Assembly: GCF_000372725.1 (NCBI RefSeq)
Contig: NW_005201791.1
Span: forward strand, 1-64,000
Source: Emiliania huxleyi CCMP1516
Taxonomy: Eukaryota
DNA: 64,000 nt
Direction of reading: 5' to 3'
Made by a program: the position numbers and the translations under genes. Under the pieces are notes generated by a model, which saw nothing but the letters and a program-made list of their open reading frames with translations, ran no database searches and was not told where the DNA came from. Positions 59,031 to 64,000 of this stretch are shown here, one piece after another (position 1 is the stretch's first letter; every line of letters starts with the position of its first letter).

Positions 59031-61415
59031 ATGCTCCTCGCCACCGCTGCCACCGCGCTCAGCGTGCGCATGTCGGCCGCGCCCGCGCCGGCGAGCGCCT
59101 CTGCCTCCTCGACTTCGGGCGCCGCCGACGCGCCGCTGCTGCTGCGAGCGGCGCGAGGCGAGGTCACCGAGTCGACGCCAGTGTGGATGATGCGGCAGGC
59201 GGGCAGGCACATGCAGGTGTACCGCGACCTGGTGAAGGACTACCCGACGTTTCGCGAGCGCTCCGAGATTCCCGACGTCTCGTATGCCGTCTCGATGCAG
59301 CCGCGCGACGCCTATGGCACCGACGGAGTGATTTTGTTCTCCGACATCCTCACGCCTCTGCCTGCAATGGGCGTCGACTTTGCGATCTCCGAGGGCGGAG
59401 GGATCACGATCGACCCGATCCGCACGCGCGAGGCCTTCGCCAAGATGACCGCCGTCCCCTTCGAGCCCGAGACGAAGATCAGCTTTGTCGGCGACGTGCT
59501 CAAGGCGCGCGCCGCCTTTCTCGACCTCGCCGCCTCTCGTCCCTGCCTTCTCCTCCCCGCACCGCCCCCGCCCCCCCCCTCCCACACTCGACCCCCCGCT
59601 CTCCGCCGCCCACTCCCTTCCGCCGCCCTCTCTCGCCGCCGCCTCCCTCGCCGCCGCCCTCGCCGCCGCCGCCCTCGCCGCCGCCCTCGCCGCCGCCGCC
59701 CTCGCAGCCGCCCTCGCCACCGCCCTCGCCACCGCCCTCGCCTGACCGCGGCTTCGCCTGCGGCTGCAGCGGCTGCGCGCGACGTTGGCCGGCACCGACG
59801 CGACGGTGCTCGGGTTCGTCGGCCTCCCGTTCACGCTGGGCACGTACCTCATCGAGGGCGCCACCGGCACGAAGACAGGCTTCGCCGCGATGAGGCGCCA
59901 CACCTCCCCATACCTCCCCATGCCTCCCCATACCTCCCCATACCTCCCATACCTCCCCATACCTCCCCATACCTCCCATACCTCCCCACATCGCCCCACA
60001 TCGCCCCACATCGCCCCACATCGCCCCACATCTCACATCTACATCTCCCCGCATCTCACATCTACATCTCCCCGCATCTCCCCGCAGGCAGCTCCGAGAG
60101 TCCGACCCGCAACTCGTGGCCGACATGCTCAAGCTGCTCGGTCGCCCCTCCTCTCCCCTCCTCCTCCCCCGTCCTCTCCCCTCCTCTCCCCTCCTCTCCC
60201 CTCCTCCTCCCTCCTCCTCGCCGCCTCCTCGCCCTCCCGCAGCAGATTCCCCTCCCCTCGAGCGCCGCGGAGCCTCCCTGCAGGCGACCGGATCGCGCAG
60301 TACGCAATCTACCAGATCGACTCTGGCGCGCAGGTGCGGAGACACCTCCCCAGACCTCCCCAGACCTCCCCAGACCTCCCCAGACCTCCCCAGACCTCCC
60401 CAGACCTCCCCAGATTTGGGGGGCAGCTCCCCCCCCCCCCCTGTCGTACCCCCACTTGAGGGTCGGCAGCCCCCCCCACCCCCCCCCCCCCCCCTTCACT
60501 CGAGGGTCCGGCGAGGTCAGCCTAACGGAGCTCAGAGCTCTCATCATTGCAGGCAGACAGACACAGACAGACAGGCGCGGGCAGACAGAAGCGGGTGTGG
60601 CCTGCCAGGTGGTCCAAGTCTTCGACTCGTGGGCGGGCCACCTCACGCCGGACGAGTTTGACGAGTGGGCGGCCCCCTTCCAGCGGCAAGTCGTTGGCGC
60701 CATCAAGGCGGCCGCTCTCCTCCTCTCCTCTCCTCTCCGCCTTTCTGCTCCCACCACTCCTCCTCTCCTCTCTCTCCCCTCTCCCTCCTCCTCCCTCTCC
60801 TCCTCTCTCCTCCTGCCCCCTCTCCCTTTCCCCTCCTCCGTCTCCGCTCCGCTCCCCCTGCTCCTCCCTCTCCTCTCCAGCTGAGACAGGCCCACACGTG
60901 CTCCCAGGCTGCGCGGCCCGATACGCCCGTAATCATCTACATGGCCCCCGACACCCACTCCAAGGAGGGGGCGCTTATCACCAAGCTCGCGGCCTCGGGC
61001 GCAAACGTCGTCTCGGTCGACCACACCCTCCCGATCTCCGCGGCGCGCGAGCTGCTCGACGAGGCCGGCTACGAGTCGGTCGGCTTGCAGGGCAACCTCG
61101 ACCCCGCCATCCTCGCCGAGGGGTCGGAGGAGGAGATCGTCGCCGCCGCGCAGGAGTGACTGCTGCTCTGAGTCTCAGCCTGCTTCCTGCGACAGCTAGC
61201 GCCACTCTTGCTGAGCTCAGCAGCGGCGTCAGCATCCGCATCATTCACTCCTATTACTCCTCCAAGTCTTCTCCCTGCTGCCCCGCGCGCAGGACATCCT
61301 CAAGAAGATGGCTGGTCGGCCGCACATCATGAACCTCGGCCACGGCATCGAGCCGACCACCCCCGAGCCGTCGGCCAACCTCTTTGTCAAGACGGTCCAG
61401 GAGTGGCGCAACTGA
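59031..61415 (+). CDS. hemE: Uroporphyrinogen decarboxylase, probably plastid-targeted; multi-exon
   Basis: Signal-like N-terminus; [50 protein letters not shown] and HIMNLGHGI. Confidence 0.96.
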
Positions 61416-61852
61416 GGCGGGTGGCCCCAAGCTCCGCCGCCGCAGCACCACCACGCGACTCCACTTGCTTGGGCCACGCCCACGGCCACGCTCGCTGCAC
61501 ACGCGCGCTGTAGACTGATTCGGCCGCTTGAGACGCTGTGTGCCGCGATGCGGGAACACAAAAAGTTGCAAAAACATCTGTGGCTCCTACACAGCCATCT
61601 TAAAGCCGTACCTAAGGGTGGCTGAGCTGCTGCAGTGCAGCCATACGCAGCAAAACTGGCCCCACCGCCCCCAGGAATTCTCTATTCTGGGCCGAGCGTT
61701 TTTTTGATATCTCGGTGAGTGGGCGCCCGCCCGCCGCACCTCTGACAATCGTGATCGGTCCCGCTATGGATATGCCCAACCCACAAAATGAATACGCATC
61801 GCCTTATGCTCTGGTTTCTGGTGCGTAACCTGGTGCGTAGAGATAGCTACTT

Positions 61853-62734
61853 ATGAAAATACATTTGTGTAACCGCCGATCCATGGCGCGCGTAGCTATG
61901 ACAGGGACCGAGGCCGCGGACCCGGTGGCGGACGGGGCTGGCGCGCAAGCGCCGGCCACCGTCGTACTGCCGGGGATGCGCAGCGGACCCTGGAATCGCT
62001 CCGATCGCGCGCAACTGGAGGACGCGGTGGGTGTCGCACGGTTGTTCGGTGCGTCGTGTGTCAGGCTGATAAGGCCTGGCTACGCGACCATCGAGGTCGA
62101 CCTGAAGCACGAGAAGGCCGCGGGCGACCGCGAGTCGGTGAAGGTGGCGGAGCGCTCGTACATCGAGCGCACCGCGCCGAAGAAGAAGGAGCTCACTGAT
62201 GAGCAGCTTGCGGCTCGAACCGCGTCTCGCAAGGCCAAGAAGATCCGGCAGAAGGAGCGCCGGGCGAAGGAGGCTGGCGAGCGCGCCGCGAACGAGGCCG
62301 AGAACGCGGAGCGCCCGCGCGCGCAGCTGCGCGAGAACATCGAGTACGTGATGGCCGGGCTGCGGTCTGCAGCTGCGCAGGCGCGCAGCCAGGCCGGGTC
62401 CAATATAGGAGTCGAATACTCGCTGCCCCCGGAGAGGGACGACGGGTATCGACGCGGCCCCAGCAAGGTGTACGCCACAGTTCCCCAGGGGACCGTGGCG
62501 ACGACGGTCGCCCCGGACTGGCTCGCGAACGAGCTGGCCGGGCGCGGCAAGATTGATGCGGCATGCCGCGACCGCATGGTCATGCACCTGATGACGGCCG
62601 CCGGCGCCTCGGCGCCGGCCGACGCCGTGTTCAGGTTCACGGCTGGCGAGGCAATGCAGACCGAGGACGACGACGAGGACGCCGACCGCTCCGAGGAGTA
62701 TTCCGACGACGACGGGAGGGCGTCCGACTTGTAG
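61853..62734 (+). CDS. Hypothetical protein (293 aa) with Lys/Arg-rich coiled coil and acidic tail
   Basis: Intronless ORF with GC3-biased codons; no recognised domain. Confidence 0.5.
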   Translation: MKIHLCNRRSMARVAMTGTEAADPVADGAGAQAPATVVLPGMRSGPWNRSDRAQLEDAVGVARLFGASCVRLIRPGYATIEVDLKHEKAAGDRESVKVAERSYIERTAPKKKELTDEQLAARTASRKAKKIRQKERRAKEAGERAANEAENAERPRAQLRENIEYVMAGLRSAAAQARSQAGSNIGVEYSLPPERDDGYRRGPSKVYATVPQGTVATTVAPDWLANELAGRGKIDAACRDRMVMHLMTAAGASAPADAVFRFTAGEAMQTEDDDEDADRSEEYSDDDGRASDL

Positions 62735-62929
62735 CTGGCCTCACCCATATCTTACCCTCTGCCCCCCCCCTCCTGCTACCCCCCAGGCTAGATGGAGTAG
62801 TCACAGATAGCCCCACACAGCCCCTTACCCCGGGTACTACCCCTTCACCCTCGCCTCGCTGTGTTTCTGAACACGTAGACGACCACGCTGTGGGGGTTGT
62901 GTTATAGGAGTAGGAGTGGGGTGCAGGTT

Positions 62930-63077
62930 GCTCACCCACGGCACCGGGCCGGTGCTTGCACTTTGAATGCCGTGGGGCTCCTGCCCGTGTCCGGGCGTGG
63001 AGATGCGAGGGTCGCCCCCCCTTGCCCCACCACTTTGTGTGTGTGGAGACGTTTACCTTACCTTACCTTACCTTAGC
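62930..63077 (+). mobile_element. Retroelement 3' end with (CCTTA)n tail
   Basis: ttgcactttgaatgccgtggggctcctg...gtgtggagacgtttaccttaccttaccttaccttag. Confidence 0.82.
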
Positions 63078-64000
63078 AGATACGAAGTCCGGCACTCGCC
63101 CCGGTCCTGCTCACAGCGCATATTTTCCTTCGAAAACAGCACAGAATACTTCAATGTTGGCCCTGCCCCGCACTTACGCAGCATAATTTTACCAATTCAG
63201 GCACATCGACGACCGCGTTACGCACGACGTATCATGTATCCGCATACGTACCCCTTCCTGGCGCCACAGCCTGGAGGCGCTGACGTACTCGGAACCCCAC
63301 CATCGCTCGCCTACCTTCCGCGTACGGCGACACCCCGAGACGCCACCTCGGCAACACCCCAACATCGGCAGGAAAGATTCACACCACGACGGCGCTATAA
63401 CGCCGCCCCACCCAGACTGGACAGGCCTGCTCTCGGAGAGGGGGGCTAGGGGGCCAAATCCACGGCCACAACCCCCTAGAGGCAATGGAGCTGAGAGAAG
63501 GCGCTCGGCTGCAAGGGTAGCAGAGCACCACTCCTACGCCCACGCCCCCACAAAGACGGCAGAAACAGTCACACGCAATTAGTACATGGCCCAGCTCGCG
63601 CCATCGCCCACACTCGAGCTTTGCAGCGCGCGGGCTCACACTCTACTATAGGCCGCCTCGACGCCCACTTCGAGTTCTACTCAGCTAAGGGCCGCACTTG
63701 ACGCTGTAAGCAGCGCGCGGCGAAGCAGTTTGGCGCTTGTGGTGAAATGTGGGAATCTAGCCCAAGGTCGGAGAGTCGTGTCATAGGAGAGGAGAGAGTG
63801 TGGAGATGTTTTGTGCGGGATCAGGCCCGAGTCCCTAGTGTCGCCGGAGCAGGTAGCTCCCTTTTTGAAAACTGAACAGTTTTTTTTAGGACAGTAGCTC
63901 AAGGCGCCCGCGCCGCACAAACACTGCACTCTGACCACCGCCCAGCACCGCCCCTGCCTTGCGCTGCCTTGCACCACCCTGCCCCGCCCTGCCCCTGCCC

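Overview
GC-rich eukaryotic draft scaffold with N-gaps. The sequence style (GC splice donors, 10-11 bp intronic tandem repeats, TTAGGG repeats, a signal-peptide-bearing UROD) suggests a haptophyte such as Emiliania/Gephyrocapsa huxleyi; this is an inference. About 16 spliced or intronless genes are recognisable: RlmN, ankyrin-U-box, a DUF3011-like/glycosyltransferase-like protein, FkbM methyltransferase, a TPT-family transporter, a START-like protein, a NIT-domain TKL kinase, a D-TA-family PLP enzyme, MOK kinase, GT90, a RING/TRAF multi-TM protein, an EF-hand Cys/Pro-rich protein, a NagB-deacetylase fusion and UROD. The main unexpected signal is evidence for several intron-creating mechanisms. 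(1) Seven homologous introner-like elements in four unrelated genes, each flanked by a ~10 bp target duplication that supplies the donor, with one intergenic relative. (2) Introns built from the 3' end of a non-LTR retroelement whose (CCTTA)n tail supplies the acceptor. (3) Microsatellite or T-rich introns that start with a copy of the next exon. Also present: a three-LTR TRIM-like array with TSD, PBS and PPT; a retrocopy fused to telomeric repeats; a retrocopy with a 145 bp flanking duplication; and a CACTG-ended non-autonomous transposon carrying an exon. All exon boundaries were read by eye and are approximate.
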